The notes: generated by a model from the sequence alone, not told the origin. Shown: positions 11,150 to 21,730, numbered from the stretch's first letter. The stretch: DNA of 64,000 nucleotides from an uncultured Acidobacteriota bacterium (GCA_963764715.1 CAVXTP010000003.1:1-64000); one strand, 5' to 3'. Program-made: numbers and translations.

Positions 11150-12112
11150 TCAGACCACGTAGGCCAGTGCGAAGCCCACCTGCGCGGCCATCAGCATCAG
11201 GTACATGTGCGTCCAGGCGGGATGGTTTTCGGTCGTCGCGAGCTCCTCCGGGTTCTTCAGCAGGAGCCGGGCGGTATAGGCGCCCCAGGCCGCGAGCCCC
11301 AGCCCCAGGGCCGTCAGGAGCGGCCGGCTGCCCGTCAGACGCCAGTTCCCCGGCAGCCACGTGAAAGCGGGGATCAGCAGCCACGGCAGGACGAAGAAGG
11401 GCGCCATCAGCTTCGCCGCCCGGGCGACCCCGAACCGGACCGGCAGCGTGATGCAGCCGTGGGCCCGGTCGCCCTCCATGTCGGAAAAGTCCTTGGTGGA
11501 GGTCGCCCCGAGGAGGAAGAAGGCGAAGATCCCTCCGAGCGCCCAGGCCTCCCCGTGCAGGACCGACGCGACGAACGACCAGCCCGCGACCTTGAGCAGC
11601 CCCCCGCGCGTCACGGCGATCGTGAAGTTGGCCCAGAACCAGTGGCGCTTGGAACGCCCGAACGCCGGGAACGAGTAGACGAACGTCGCCAGCGCCCCGA
11701 CGCAGTAGATGAAGAAGGCCGCGTGCAGGTGGAGCGGCGCGGCCATCCGCTCGGCGAAGCTCACGTGCGGGTACGGCACGACGAGCCAGGTCGGCACGAT
11801 CGACAGCACGTAGAGCACGGAGGCGAGCGCCCAGGCGCCGCCCATCCCGACCTCCCCCGTCACGAGCGGACGGTCGGGCTTGTTCTTCCGGTCGATCTCG
11901 AGGTCGGCGATCTGGTTGACGATGTTCGACGCGGCGTTCATGGCCGACGCGCAGAGCGACCCGATCGCGACCGTCAGGACCACGGCCCAGGTCACGCGGC
12001 GGGCGGGGTCGGGATTGTGCGCCGAGCCGAAGGCGCAGACCGCGCCGGACACGATCCCCAGCAGCGGCGGCAGCAGCGTGAACGGCCGGGCGAGGCGCAG
12101 GTAACGCTTCAC
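11150..12112 (-). CDS. UbiA-family prenyltransferase (HPT/DGGGPS-like motifs)
   Basis: GTG start in a GTGA overlap; YLRLARP, NQIADLEIDRKNKPDRP, KDFSDMEGD; multiple TMs. Confidence 0.9.
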   Translation of the reverse strand: MKRYLRLARPFTLLPPLLGIVSGAVCAFGSAHNPDPARRVTWAVVLTVAIGSLCASAMNAASNIVNQIADLEIDRKNKPDRPLVTGEVGMGGAWALASVLYVLSIVPTWLVVPYPHVSFAERMAAPLHLHAAFFIYCVGALATFVYSFPAFGRSKRHWFWANFTIAVTRGGLLKVAGWSFVASVLHGEAWALGGIFAFFLLGATSTKDFSDMEGDRAHGCITLPVRFGVARAAKLMAPFFVLPWLLIPAFTWLPGNWRLTGSRPLLTALGLGLAAWGAYTARLLLKNPEELATTENHPAWTHMYLMLMAAQVGFALAYVV

Positions 12113-13416
12113 GCGCCGCCCGGCCCGGCGAGCCGCAGCGCGAGCATCGCGCCGAGGAACGTGTTCAGGGCGTTCGCGAACTCGTGGTCGAGACGGAAGA
12201 AGAAGCGCCGCCCCAGGGCCGCGAGAACGCTCTCGGCGAGCGCGCCGAGAAACCCTCCGAGCGCGGCCGCCCAGGCGAGACCCGGCGGGACGAGGCCGAG
12301 CGCGGCGCCGGCCGCGGCGATGGCCGCGCCGCCGACGAGGCTCGCCGCCGTTCCCGCCAGGGAAACCGCGCCGGGCGTTCCCGGCGGCAGCGGGCGGAGG
12401 GTCAGCGGCGAGAAGGGACGGCGCCCGTACAGCGTGCCGATCTCGGTGCCGAGCGTGTCGGCGAGCGCCGCGCCGAACGCGCCGACGTATGCGACCGGCC
12501 GCACGCCGAGCAGGGTCAGCGAGGCGGGCACGAGGCAGTTGGCGACCGCGTGCGCCGCGCCGCGCCGGCCGGCATCGGCCTGGGCGACGCCCAGCGAGGC
12601 CTTGCGCCGGTAGCCGAGCTTCGTCGCGAGCGTCCCGAGGAGGAAGAAGATCCACAGCAGCGCGTAGGCGCTCCAGCCGCCGAAGGCGAGGATCAGGAAG
12701 CCGAGGACCCCGCCGGCGACGGCCCCGGAGCGGCTCACGACGCCGGAGAGCCCCATGACCGCGGCCGCCGCGGCGTTCACGCCGAGGGCCACGGCGAAAG
12801 GCGCCCAGCCGATCTCGCCCGGCCGCAGGAACGGCGGCGGCCAGTGGAGGCTCATCTGATAGATCGCGAGCGCCGTCGGGAAGGCGGCCACGATGTTGTC
12901 GTCGAGCCCCGCGCGCACGGACTCGAGGAACGCGTAGATCGCGGCGCCCGCGAGCAGGATCGCCGCCGCGGCGATCTCGGGCTCGCGGCGCGTCACGAAG
13001 AGAAAGACGGCGATCGCGGCGGCGCCCCCGACGGCCCAGTTGGAGAGGAGGCCGGCCCACGTCTTGCCCGGGTTCCAGGGAAGGGCCGGGCCCCCGACGT
13101 TGCGGCCGACGATCGCGGCCGCGGGATCGCCGAAGGCCATCATGGCCCACACGGCCGCGGCGATCGAGACGTACTTGCCCGCGAAAACGAGGATCAGGAA
13201 GAGGACCATAGCCGGGTAAGCCACGATCCCCGCGTCGCGCGCGGCCTTCGGGTCGCGGTAGATCCCGCGCCCGACGCGCGGCATGACGATCGCGTTGAAG
13301 AGGAGGGCCGCGAGAGCGACGGCCGCCGCCACCCGCCAGTCGAGCCACCGCAGCGCGAGCGCGCCGAGGCCGAAGCCCGCGTGAACGGCCTTGCGCTTCC
13401 ACTCCGCGGACGTCAC
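12109..13416 (-). CDS. Fusion of phytol/dolichol-kinase-like (CTP_transf_1) domain and DUF92 domain
   Basis: N-half RKAVH, FGDPAAAIVG, NPGKTWAG, DDN; C-half FF.LGTLATKLG..RK, G.RGAAHAVAN, ADTLGTEIG, PPGTPGAVSLAGT, NALNT. Confidence 0.85.
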   Translation of the reverse strand: MTSAEWKRKAVHAGFGLGALALRWLDWRVAAAVALAALLFNAIVMPRVGRGIYRDPKAARDAGIVAYPAMVLFLILVFAGKYVSIAAAVWAMMAFGDPAAAIVGRNVGGPALPWNPGKTWAGLLSNWAVGGAAAIAVFLFVTRREPEIAAAAILLAGAAIYAFLESVRAGLDDNIVAAFPTALAIYQMSLHWPPPFLRPGEIGWAPFAVALGVNAAAAAVMGLSGVVSRSGAVAGGVLGFLILAFGGWSAYALLWIFFLLGTLATKLGYRRKASLGVAQADAGRRGAAHAVANCLVPASLTLLGVRPVAYVGAFGAALADTLGTEIGTLYGRRPFSPLTLRPLPPGTPGAVSLAGTAASLVGGAAIAAAGAALGLVPPGLAWAAALGGFLGALAESVLAALGRRFFFRLDHEFANALNTFLGAMLALRLAGPGGA

Positions 13417-13429
13417 GGGTGTTCCGCGG

Positions 13430-15478
13430 TCAGTGCCCGGCCGGCGCGGCCGCCGCGGGCGCCGGCGTCTTCGCGTACTTGTCGTACCACGCGACGTAGC
13501 GCTCGAGCCGGTCCCGCACGTAGCTCGGCTTGCGGATGCCGTGGTGCTGGCCGGGATAGATCACGAGCTGCGTCGGCACGCCGAGGCTCCGGAGCGCCTG
13601 GTACATCTGCTCCGAGTTGATGAGCGGCACGTTGAAGTCGTCCTCGCCGCAGAGAAAGAGCGTCGGTGTCTTGATGCGGTCGGCGTGCAGGAACGGATAC
13701 GAGAGCTTGAGCCAGACGTCGGCGTTCTTCCAGGGCGGACCGAGCTCCTGCTCGTACTCGCGGATGTACTGGTCGGTGCCGTAGCCCGCGAGGATGTTCG
13801 AGGACCCGGCGCCGCTCGTCGCCGCCTTGAACCGCGTCGTCGACGCGATGACGTAATTGGTCAGGATGCCGCCGTAGCTCCATCCCCCGACGGCGAGCCG
13901 GTCCGGGTCCGCGATGCCGCGGGCGACGGCGTCGTCGACCGCGCCGAGCACGTCCTGGACGTCGACGTTGCCCCAGTCGGCATAGATCGCGGTCTGGAAC
14001 TTCTCGCCGTGACCCGAGCTGCCGCGCGGATTTGCCGCGAGCACGACGTACCCGTTGGCGGCGAACCAGTGCCACTCGGCGTCGAACGAGCACTCGAACT
14101 GCCCGACGGGCCCGCCGTGGACGCGGAGGATCGTCGGGTAGGCCTTGCCGGGCTGGAAGTCGGGCGGCTTGACGAGGAAGCCGTGGATCTCGGTTCCGTC
14201 CTTGCTCTTGAACTTCGTCTCTTCCACGGTTGCGAGCCGCACCTCGGCGAGCAGAGCGTCGTTCTGCTTCGATAGGCGGCGGGGCCCGCCCTTGTCCAGG
14301 GCGTAGATCTCGTCGGGGAGAACCGCCGTCGTCAGCTGGATCGCGACGCGGCCGCCCGGGGCCAGCGAAAACGCCGGAACGACCTGGCGGCCCGCGACGA
14401 GCCGCTCGACGGCTCCGCCGGACGCGGCGATCTTCGCCAGGTCGACCGCCTGGTCGTCCTCGAGCGTGAAGAGGATCGACCGGCCGTCGGCCGAGTACTG
14501 CGGCGACAGGACGTTGAGGTCGACGTCGGCCGTCAGGATCCGCGGGCTGCCGCCCGCGGCCGACACCACCGCGAGCCGGTGGAGACCGTAGTAGATGAGC
14601 TTGTCGGGGCCGCCCTGGACGTAGGCGATCGACTTCGAGTCGGGGCTCCACGCGAGACGGCTGTCCCAGGACGGATCGTTGTCGGACCGTTCGTCGGTCG
14701 TGATCGGGCGCGGCGAAGCGCCCGGGCGGGGCTCGATCGCCCAGATGTCCCAGTTGTCGGTCCGGTCGGCCTCCGGCATGCGCTTGGAGACGAACGCGAT
14801 CGTCTTGCCGTCCGGCGACCAGGACGGAAGGAGCTCGTCGGCGTCGCCCGTCGTCAGGACCTGGACGCTCTTGCCGGCGACGTCGAGGATGGAAAGGTGC
14901 TTGCGGAGCTTTCCGAGGTAGCCCTCGACGTCGACCTTGAACTGGTAACGATCGACGACGATCGGCTTCTTCGTCTTCTTCGTCTTCTTCGAGTCGGCGT
15001 CCTCGTCCTTGTCGGGGTCCGGGTCGGCGACGACGAGCACCATCCGCTTCCCGTCCGGCGCCCAGTCGTAGTCCTCGACCCCGCCCTTCTCGCTCGTCAG
15101 CTTCTCGGCCTCCCCGCCCGAGCGCGGGAGAAGCCAGACCTGGGAGACCTCGTTGTCGTCGTCGCGGCTGCTCAGAAACGCGAGGTACCGACCGTCGGGG
15201 CTCCAGCGCGGCGAGGACTCGGACTCCTTGCTCGTCGTCAGCCGCACCGTCTCCCGGCCGTCCCAGCTCGTCATCCAGATGTCGGAGGCGCTCTTGTCCT
15301 CCTTCAGGTCGGGCGTGCGCACGCTGTACGCGACCCAGGCGCCGTCGGGCGAGATCTGCGGGTCGGAGACCGCCTTCAGCCGCGCGACGTCCTCGAGGCC
15401 GAAGTTCCGGAGCGCCGTCTGGGCGGCGAGACCCGAAGTCATGGCGAGCAGAGCGAGACACGTCACGAGACGGCGCAT
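13430..15478 (-). CDS. S9 family peptidase (dipeptidyl/acylaminoacyl peptidase)
   Basis: Signal peptide, WSPDG propeller repeats, HGGP, GWSYGG nucleophile, D..VP, HH. Confidence 0.95.
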   Translation of the reverse strand: MRRLVTCLALLAMTSGLAAQTALRNFGLEDVARLKAVSDPQISPDGAWVAYSVRTPDLKEDKSASDIWMTSWDGRETVRLTTSKESESSPRWSPDGRYLAFLSSRDDDNEVSQVWLLPRSGGEAEKLTSEKGGVEDYDWAPDGKRMVLVVADPDPDKDEDADSKKTKKTKKPIVVDRYQFKVDVEGYLGKLRKHLSILDVAGKSVQVLTTGDADELLPSWSPDGKTIAFVSKRMPEADRTDNWDIWAIEPRPGASPRPITTDERSDNDPSWDSRLAWSPDSKSIAYVQGGPDKLIYYGLHRLAVVSAAGGSPRILTADVDLNVLSPQYSADGRSILFTLEDDQAVDLAKIAASGGAVERLVAGRQVVPAFSLAPGGRVAIQLTTAVLPDEIYALDKGGPRRLSKQNDALLAEVRLATVEETKFKSKDGTEIHGFLVKPPDFQPGKAYPTILRVHGGPVGQFECSFDAEWHWFAANGYVVLAANPRGSSGHGEKFQTAIYADWGNVDVQDVLGAVDDAVARGIADPDRLAVGGWSYGGILTNYVIASTTRFKAATSGAGSSNILAGYGTDQYIREYEQELGPPWKNADVWLKLSYPFLHADRIKTPTLFLCGEDDFNVPLINSEQMYQALRSLGVPTQLVIYPGQHHGIRKPSYVRDRLERYVAWYDKYAKTPAPAAAAPAGH

Positions 15479-15527
15479 GCGTTGTTCCTCCGAATTACCG
15501 CCCGAGTCTACCGTCGTGGCATGTCCG

Positions 15528-15549
15528 GCTCACTGCTTACCGCTTACTG
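15528..15549. repeat. Short heptamer tandem repeat (GCTTACY)
   Basis: gctcact gcttacc gcttact; reverse complement of the GTAAGC-type heptamers at 56918-56967. Confidence 0.5.
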
Positions 15550-15557
15550 ACTCGCAG

Positions 15558-16487
15558 TCACGCCTCCGGCCGCGCCCGCCGCGCGAGGTACTCGGCGAGC
15601 GGATCCCGGAAGTGGCGAATCGAACGGCCGGTCAGACTCTCGTACTTCCCGGTGTCGAGCACGGAGTAGGGCGGCCGCCGTGCCGGGCGCGCGAACGCCT
15701 CGGACGTGGTCGGATCGACCGGAACGTCCATTCTCCCCGCGAGCCACAGGATCTCGCGGGCGAACTCGTTCCACGACACCTCGCCGCGGTTGGCGAAGTG
15801 GTACACGCCGGAGGCGCCCGCCTCGAGCAGCGCGAGGAGCGCCTCCGAGAGATCGGTCGTCGACGTGGGGCGGCCGACCTGGTCGACGACGACCGCGAGC
15901 CGCGGCCGGCCGGACTCGACCTGCTTCAGGATCGCCTCGACGAAGTTCCAGCCGGAGCGTCCGAAGAGCCAGGAGGCGCGGACGACGAGGCTCCCCGGAA
16001 GGCGCAGCGCCTCCTCCTCCCCCGCGCGCTTGGACCGGCCGTAGGCCGAGAGCGGGCGGACGGGGTCGTCCTCCCGGTAGGGCTCGCCCTTTTCGCCGTC
16101 GAAGACGAAGTCGGTCGAGACCTGCACGAGCTGCGCCCCGACGTGCCCGCACGCGTCGGCCAGGTGCGCCACGCCCTCGGCGTTGACCTGGAACGCGCGG
16201 GGGTCGGTCTCGCAGTCGTCGACCTTCGTGAAGGCGGCGCAGTTGACGACGACGTCGGGCTGGAGCTCCCGCAGCGTCCGCGAGACCCGGCCCGAGTCGA
16301 CGATGTCGAGCTCGGCCTTCGTGCGCGCGAGGACGTCGTAGCCCGCGGAGATCAGGAGAACGACGAGGTCCGAGCCGAGCATCCCGGCAGCGCCCGTGAC
16401 GAGGATGCGGCGCCGCGCGCGGGGAACGGTCCGGGGCGCGGCGAGGACCGCGGTGTGGCTTTCGAGGGCGGAGCCGGCGTCCGGCAT
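15558..16487 (-). CDS. rfbD: dTDP-4-dehydrorhamnose reductase
   Basis: ILVTGAAGMLG, VSTDFVFDG, YGRSK, DQVGRPT, ARRPPYS. Confidence 0.95.
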   Translation of the reverse strand: MPDAGSALESHTAVLAAPRTVPRARRRILVTGAAGMLGSDLVVLLISAGYDVLARTKAELDIVDSGRVSRTLRELQPDVVVNCAAFTKVDDCETDPRAFQVNAEGVAHLADACGHVGAQLVQVSTDFVFDGEKGEPYREDDPVRPLSAYGRSKRAGEEEALRLPGSLVVRASWLFGRSGWNFVEAILKQVESGRPRLAVVVDQVGRPTSTTDLSEALLALLEAGASGVYHFANRGEVSWNEFAREILWLAGRMDVPVDPTTSEAFARPARRPPYSVLDTGKYESLTGRSIRHFRDPLAEYLARRARPEA

Positions 16488-16526
16488 GCCGTGACGGCCT
16501 ATCGCCCCGGGCGGCCCGCCTCGGTC

Positions 16527-16578
16527 GTAGGGGCGGGGCTCGTCCCCGCCCTCGGGCGGCCGCAAGGGCCGCCCCTAC
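16527..16578. repeat. GTAG-type REP doublet (REPIN-like)
   Basis: GTAGGGGCGGGGCTCGTCCCCGCCC followed by inverted GGGCGGCCGCAAGGGCCGCCCCTAC, intergenic. Confidence 0.75.
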
Positions 16579-16614
16579 ACCGATCGGCGCCGCCCCGAGT
16601 CCGGCGAACCAAGG

Positions 16615-17655
16615 CTAGCCCGGCGCCTTCGCCGTCGCGGACGACGTTGCCAGGCGCTGCTCGTACTGCGATCGGTAGAACTCGCGGTACGCCGCGTCCC
16701 GCTCCTTGATCGGGCGCCACCACTCCTCGTGGTCCCGGTACCAGCGGACGGTCTCGGCGAGGCCCTCCTCGAAGGGCGTCTCGGAGCGGAAGCCGAGCTT
16801 CGCGAGCTTCGAGGCGTCGAGCGAATAGCGCCGGTCGTGCCCGGGCCGGTCGTCGACGAAGCGGATCAGGGTCTCGGGCTTTCCGAGCTCCTTCAGCACG
16901 CGCCGCGTGATGTCGATGTTCTCGGCTTCGTTGCCCCCCGCGACGTTGTAGGTCTCACCGGGCTTGCCGGCGTCGAGCAGGAAATCGATCGCCGCGGCGT
17001 GGTCGCGCACGAAGAGCCAGTCGCGGACGTTGCGGCCGTCGCCGTAGAGCGGCAGCGGCTGGCCGTCGATGGCGTTCGTCGCAAAGAGCGGGATGAGCTT
17101 CTCCGGGTACTGGTACGGGCCGTAGTTGTTGGACGCCCGGGTGATGATCACGGGCATCCCGTAGGAGGCCCAGTAGGAGTACGCGAGCCGGTCGCCGCCG
17201 GCCTTGGACGCGGCGTAGGGATTGCGGGGATTCAGCGGGGACTCCTCGGTGAACGAGCCCGAGGCGATCGTGCCGTAGACCTCGTCGGTCGAGATCTGGA
17301 CGAACTTCTTCACGCCGCGGCGCTTGGCCTCCTCGAGGAGCACGAACACGCCGCGGACGTCCGTCTCGATGAAGGAGGCATCACCGAGGAGCGACCGGTC
17401 GACGTGCGTCTCCGCGGCGAAGTTGACGACGGCGTCGCATCCCTCCATCGAGACCGCCACGACGTCCGGATCGACGATGTCGCCGCGCACGAAGCGGTAC
17501 TCCGGGCGATGGGCGACCTCGGCGAGATTCGCCGGATTCGCCGCGTAGGTCAGCTTGTCGAGGTTGACGACCGAGACGCCGGGCCGGGACTCGAGCACGT
17601 GGCGGATGAACGCCGACCCGATGAAGCCGCAGCCGCCCGTCACCAGGATCTTCAT
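16615..17655 (-). CDS. rfbB: dTDP-glucose 4,6-dehydratase
   Basis: MKILVTGGCGFIG, DKLTYA, AAETHVDRS, STDEVYG, YAASK, DRPGHDRRY. Confidence 0.97.
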   Translation of the reverse strand: MKILVTGGCGFIGSAFIRHVLESRPGVSVVNLDKLTYAANPANLAEVAHRPEYRFVRGDIVDPDVVAVSMEGCDAVVNFAAETHVDRSLLGDASFIETDVRGVFVLLEEAKRRGVKKFVQISTDEVYGTIASGSFTEESPLNPRNPYAASKAGGDRLAYSYWASYGMPVIITRASNNYGPYQYPEKLIPLFATNAIDGQPLPLYGDGRNVRDWLFVRDHAAAIDFLLDAGKPGETYNVAGGNEAENIDITRRVLKELGKPETLIRFVDDRPGHDRRYSLDASKLAKLGFRSETPFEEGLAETVRWYRDHEEWWRPIKERDAAYREFYRSQYEQRLATSSATAKAPG

Positions 17656-18716
17656 ACGATGCCGATCTCGGAGTTGTCGCCGACGAGGAACCGGTGGACG
17701 CGGGGCCGCTCGGCGCCGGGATGGATCCGGACGTTCTTGCCGATCAGGGAGTCGGCGATCCGCACCGGGATGCGCTCGAGCCGGGCCCCCTCGAGGACGA
17801 TCGAGTTCTCGATCTCGCAGCGGTCGATCAGGCACCCGGCCCCGATCGCCGTGTAGGGGCCGACGAAGGCGTCGCGGATCTCGGCGCCCGGGCCGATGAC
17901 CGCGGGGCCGCGCACCGTGCAGTTCGCCAGCTTCGCGCCGGGCTCGATCACGACCTTGCCCTCGACCTGGCAGTCCGCGCCCGCGGCCGAGAGGCCTCGG
18001 GCCGTGAAGGTGTCGAGGATGATCCGGTTGGCCTCGAGCATGTCCTCGATCTTGCCCGTGTCCTTCCACCAGCCCGAGACGAGGTGCGGGTGCACGCTCT
18101 TGCCGTGGTCCACGAGCCACTGGATCGCGTCGGTGATCTCGAGCTCCTGGCGCGCGCTCGGCCGGATCGCCTTGACGGCCTCGAAGATCGAGTCGTCGAA
18201 CATGTAGACGCCGACGAGCGCCAGGTCCGACTTCGGCTGCTTCGGCTTCTCGGTCAGCCGCACGACCCGGCCGTTCTCGAGCTCCGCGACGCCGAACTGC
18301 GAGGGGTTCGAGACCTTCGCGAGCAGGATCTGCGAGTTGCAGCCGAGCTTCCGGTAGTCGTCCACGAGGGCCGTGATGCCGTCCGCGATGACGTTGTCGC
18401 CGAGGTACATGACGAAGGGCTCGCCCTTGAGAAAGGGCTCCGAGATCAGCACCGCGTGCGCGAGCCCGCGCGGCGCGTCCTGCGGGATGTACGTGATCTT
18501 CGCGCCGAACCGGGAACCGTCGCCCAGGGCCGCCTCGATCTCGGCGCGCGTGTCCCCGACCACGACCCCGATCTCCTTGATGCCGGCCGCCACGATCGCC
18601 TCGACGCCGTAGAAGAGGACCGGCTTGTTGGCGACCGGCACGAGCTGCTTGGCGCTCGTGTAGGTCAGCGGGCGCAGGCGCGTGCCCTTGCCGCCCGACA
18701 GAATGAGGCCTTTCAT
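17652..18716 (-). CDS. rfbA: Glucose-1-phosphate thymidylyltransferase (long form)
   Basis: LSGGKGTRLRPLT, KQLVPVANKP, ELEITDA, WWKDTG. Confidence 0.95.
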   Translation of the reverse strand: MKGLILSGGKGTRLRPLTYTSAKQLVPVANKPVLFYGVEAIVAAGIKEIGVVVGDTRAEIEAALGDGSRFGAKITYIPQDAPRGLAHAVLISEPFLKGEPFVMYLGDNVIADGITALVDDYRKLGCNSQILLAKVSNPSQFGVAELENGRVVRLTEKPKQPKSDLALVGVYMFDDSIFEAVKAIRPSARQELEITDAIQWLVDHGKSVHPHLVSGWWKDTGKIEDMLEANRIILDTFTARGLSAAGADCQVEGKVVIEPGAKLANCTVRGPAVIGPGAEIRDAFVGPYTAIGAGCLIDRCEIENSIVLEGARLERIPVRIADSLIGKNVRIHPGAERPRVHRFLVGDNSEIGIV

Positions 18717-18770
18717 TGGCGGAGGATCATACCGAAACGGACCGGATCGGATGGTCGACCCGGGCCGAAA

Positions 18771-21074
18771 TCACTGTCCTCCGCCGAACAGCGCGTCGAT
18801 CGAGCCGTTCACGTCGAGGAGGGTCCCGATGTCCTTGAGGTTGACGACCAGGCGGTAGTCGTTGCGCGGCGCGGGCGGCAGGCGAAGCTGCCGGACCTCG
18901 AGAAAGACGGTGTAGCAGGAGCCCTTGTAGGTCAGGAGCGACCGGTCCTCCTGGAACAGGCTCGACTGGGCGTCGTACGCGATCGAGGTGTCGAACCGGA
19001 AGTACTTGCCGAGATCGATGCCGCCGGCGAAGCGGAGCTGGTCGGAGTTGAAGACCTGGCCCGGCGTCGTGACGACGGGGCGGCTGCCGAACCAGCTGAT
19101 GTTGACGTAGTTGGGCCCCCAGTTGGAGCCCGCCGTGACGGTCGCGGAGGTCAGCTGGTTGGCGTAAGGATCGTAGGAGACCCGGCCGTCGAGGTGCAGG
19201 AGCCCCGCGCGCGACAGCCGGAGCGTTCCCTCGAAGGGCCCGGTCTTGCGCACCTGGAACTCGGGCGGGATCGGGGTGAGCGTCTGCGGGAACTCGAAGG
19301 CGTAGGTTTGGGCGATCTCGAGCGACGCGATCTCCTCGGCCGAGCCCTTGAACTCGGCCGAGCGCGCGAGCAGCCGGTTGACGATGGCGTAGCGCACCTG
19401 GTTGCGGCCGAGCGCGTTGTCGACCTCGTCGAAAGCCGGGATCTCGTCGGGATGGTCGACGTTCGAGACGTAGTTGTAGTCGACGCGCGGTTCGATGACG
19501 TGCTTGAACTTGTCCCAGGGGCCGATCTTCACGTCGTAGATGCGGGAAAAGGACGGCCCGACGAAGGACAGCCCGGCCTCGGCGTAGCTCCGGGTGAAGG
19601 CGTTGCCGTTGAAGTCGGTGCCGACGCCGTCGAGCGAGTTCGTGTACTCCGTGAACCGGCCGCCCGCGCGGGCCGTCAGCGACAGCCAAGGGATGCTCTT
19701 GAACGGGAACGAGAAGATCGGGTAGAGATCGAAGCGGCCGTACGTGCCGTGGGCGAAATCGCGCCCGCGGTTGATGAAGAGGCCGGAGATCGACGACAGG
19801 AGCGACAGGTAGAACGGGCTGTCGCCGATCGGCGCCGTGCGGTGAAAAAACTCGACCGTCGGGAAGCGCTCCTGGAGGACGGTCGAGGAGTAGAAGGTCT
19901 CGCTCCGCTCGAAGCGGATGTTGAGCGAGTCCGAGCCGAAGTTCTTGGACAGGAAGCCGCGCGACACGATCTGCCGCGCCGAGTTCAGGGCGAAGTTGCG
20001 CTCGAAGTCCTGGAGGTACTGCTGGTCCGAGTAGTCGCGGACCGAGAGCACGCCGCGGAACCCGAAGGGGAGGTCGTCGGCCACGTGGTCGAGACGCAGC
20101 TTCCAGCGGGTCTCGGGCTGGACGGTGTAGACGCCGAGCGAGCCGTCGGGCAGCGTGCAGACGCCGTTGCCGCCGCCGGGCGGGGCCTGGGCGATGGGAA
20201 CGCAGACGGTGGCGGCCTCGTCGTGGATGGCGTATCCCTGGAAGAGGCCCGCCGACTCGTCGGTCGGCCGCCAGCGCGCCTCCACTCCCCCGCCAATCGA
20301 GCCGTCGGTAAAGACGTCGAGCTGCGTCGTCACGTCCGTCGGCCGCCCGGTGACCCAGTAGTACGAGAGCCCGAGGTAGCCGCCGCGCTGGTTGCTGTAG
20401 CCGATGCCCGGGACGAGCATCCCCGTCGCGCGGTCCTCCTTCGTCGGCCAGATCAGGTACGGCGTGTAGAAGAGCGGGACCTTCCCGGCCTTGAATGCCA
20501 CGTCCTTCATCCGCGCGTAGTCGTCGAGCGTCACCGTCGCCTCGGAGAGCGTGAAGGACCACTCGGGGTCCGGCACTTCGCAGGCCGTGAAGAGGCCGTG
20601 GCGGATGCGGTAGGTCGCGTCGCCGATCTTCTCGATCGAGTCGGCCACGATGTGGAAGGTCGGCGGCAGATCGGCGGTCGCCTCTTCGAGGATCCCGGTC
20701 TTCGTGTCGAGGCGGAAGGTCCCCCGGCTGCCCGAGAGCCGCGTGGGGCCCTGGTCGATGACGACGTGGCCCGTCAGCGTCGCGGTCTTGGTCGGGAACT
20801 CGTAGCGCGCCGCGTCGGCCGTGATCTTGACGTCCTGGTACTCGATGACGACCTCTTCGCTGCCCTCCCAGAACTGGTCCTTCTCGAACTTCACGGGGTT
20901 CTTCGTGTAGAGGCGGACCTCTCCGCCCGGCTCGGGGGTCTTGAACTTGATCTCGAAGTTGGTCCGCTGCTTGAACCGGGCTTCGAAGGGGTCGCCCTGG
21001 TTGAGGGTGTCCTGCGCGAGCGCCCGCGAGACCGTCAGGGCGATTCCGAGCGCCGCGGCCCCGGAAAGCTTCAC
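18771..21074 (-). CDS. lptD: LPS-assembly outer membrane protein LptD
   Basis: Signal peptide, OstA-like N-domain, [25 protein letters not shown], beta-barrel-like C-terminus. Confidence 0.85.
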   Translation of the reverse strand: MKLSGAAALGIALTVSRALAQDTLNQGDPFEARFKQRTNFEIKFKTPEPGGEVRLYTKNPVKFEKDQFWEGSEEVVIEYQDVKITADAARYEFPTKTATLTGHVVIDQGPTRLSGSRGTFRLDTKTGILEEATADLPPTFHIVADSIEKIGDATYRIRHGLFTACEVPDPEWSFTLSEATVTLDDYARMKDVAFKAGKVPLFYTPYLIWPTKEDRATGMLVPGIGYSNQRGGYLGLSYYWVTGRPTDVTTQLDVFTDGSIGGGVEARWRPTDESAGLFQGYAIHDEAATVCVPIAQAPPGGGNGVCTLPDGSLGVYTVQPETRWKLRLDHVADDLPFGFRGVLSVRDYSDQQYLQDFERNFALNSARQIVSRGFLSKNFGSDSLNIRFERSETFYSSTVLQERFPTVEFFHRTAPIGDSPFYLSLLSSISGLFINRGRDFAHGTYGRFDLYPIFSFPFKSIPWLSLTARAGGRFTEYTNSLDGVGTDFNGNAFTRSYAEAGLSFVGPSFSRIYDVKIGPWDKFKHVIEPRVDYNYVSNVDHPDEIPAFDEVDNALGRNQVRYAIVNRLLARSAEFKGSAEEIASLEIAQTYAFEFPQTLTPIPPEFQVRKTGPFEGTLRLSRAGLLHLDGRVSYDPYANQLTSATVTAGSNWGPNYVNISWFGSRPVVTTPGQVFNSDQLRFAGGIDLGKYFRFDTSIAYDAQSSLFQEDRSLLTYKGSCYTVFLEVRQLRLPPAPRNDYRLVVNLKDIGTLLDVNGSIDALFGGGQ

Positions 21075-21730
21075 GCGTCCATGGGGCGCACGTTCGCCGC
21101 GACGCGGAAGGCGGCCTCGGTCTTGCTCCGGACCTCGTCGGCCGTCACGCCGGGCGCGAGCTCCGTCAGCTCGAGTCCGGCACCCGCGGGAAGAACGTCG
21201 AAGACGCAGAGGTCCGTGATGATGCGGTGGACGCAGCGCCGGCCGGTCAGGGGCAGCGTGCAGCGCTTCAGGATCTTCTTCTCGCCCGAGCGCGCCGTGT
21301 GCTCCATGGTGACGACGAGCCGCCGCGCCCCGGCCACCAGGTCCATCGCGCCGCCCATGCCCTTCACCATCTTGCCCGGGATCATGTAGTTGGCGATGGA
21401 GCCCTCCTCGTCGACCTGCATGGCCCCGAGGATCGAAAGGTCCACGTGACCGCCGCGGATCATCGCGAAGGAGTCCGCCGAAGAGAAGTACGAGGCACCC
21501 GGCCGGATCGTCACGGTCTCCTTGCCGGCGTTGATCAGGTCGGCGTCGACTTCGTCCTCCCGCGGGTACGGCCCGAGGCCCAGGATGCCGTTCTCGGACT
21601 GGAGGATGACCTCGATGCCCTCCGGGATGTGGTTGGCGACGAGGGTCGGCATGCCGATGCCGAGGTTCACGGTGTATCCGTCGCGCAGCTCCTTGACGGC
21701 GCGCCGGACGATGCCTTCGCGGTCGAGCAT
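21071..21730 (-). CDS. scoB: 3-oxoacid CoA-transferase subunit B
   Basis: [14 protein letters not shown] (catalytic Glu), GMGGAMDL. Confidence 0.95.
   Translation of the reverse strand: MLDREGIVRRAVKELRDGYTVNLGIGMPTLVANHIPEGIEVILQSENGILGLGPYPREDEVDADLINAGKETVTIRPGASYFSSADSFAMIRGGHVDLSILGAMQVDEEGSIANYMIPGKMVKGMGGAMDLVAGARRLVVTMEHTARSGEKKILKRCTLPLTGRRCVHRIITDLCVFDVLPAGAGLELTELAPGVTADEVRSKTEAAFRVAANVRPMDA

Noticed and set aside
17694-21389. 1231-aa plus-strand ORF, and similar long ORFs at 35872-39105, 38654-41611, 42768-45557, 31968-34574 and 58545-63725
   Set aside because: Antisense or off-frame shadows of well-supported genes; Arg/Gly/Val-rich with no motifs, as expected at high GC
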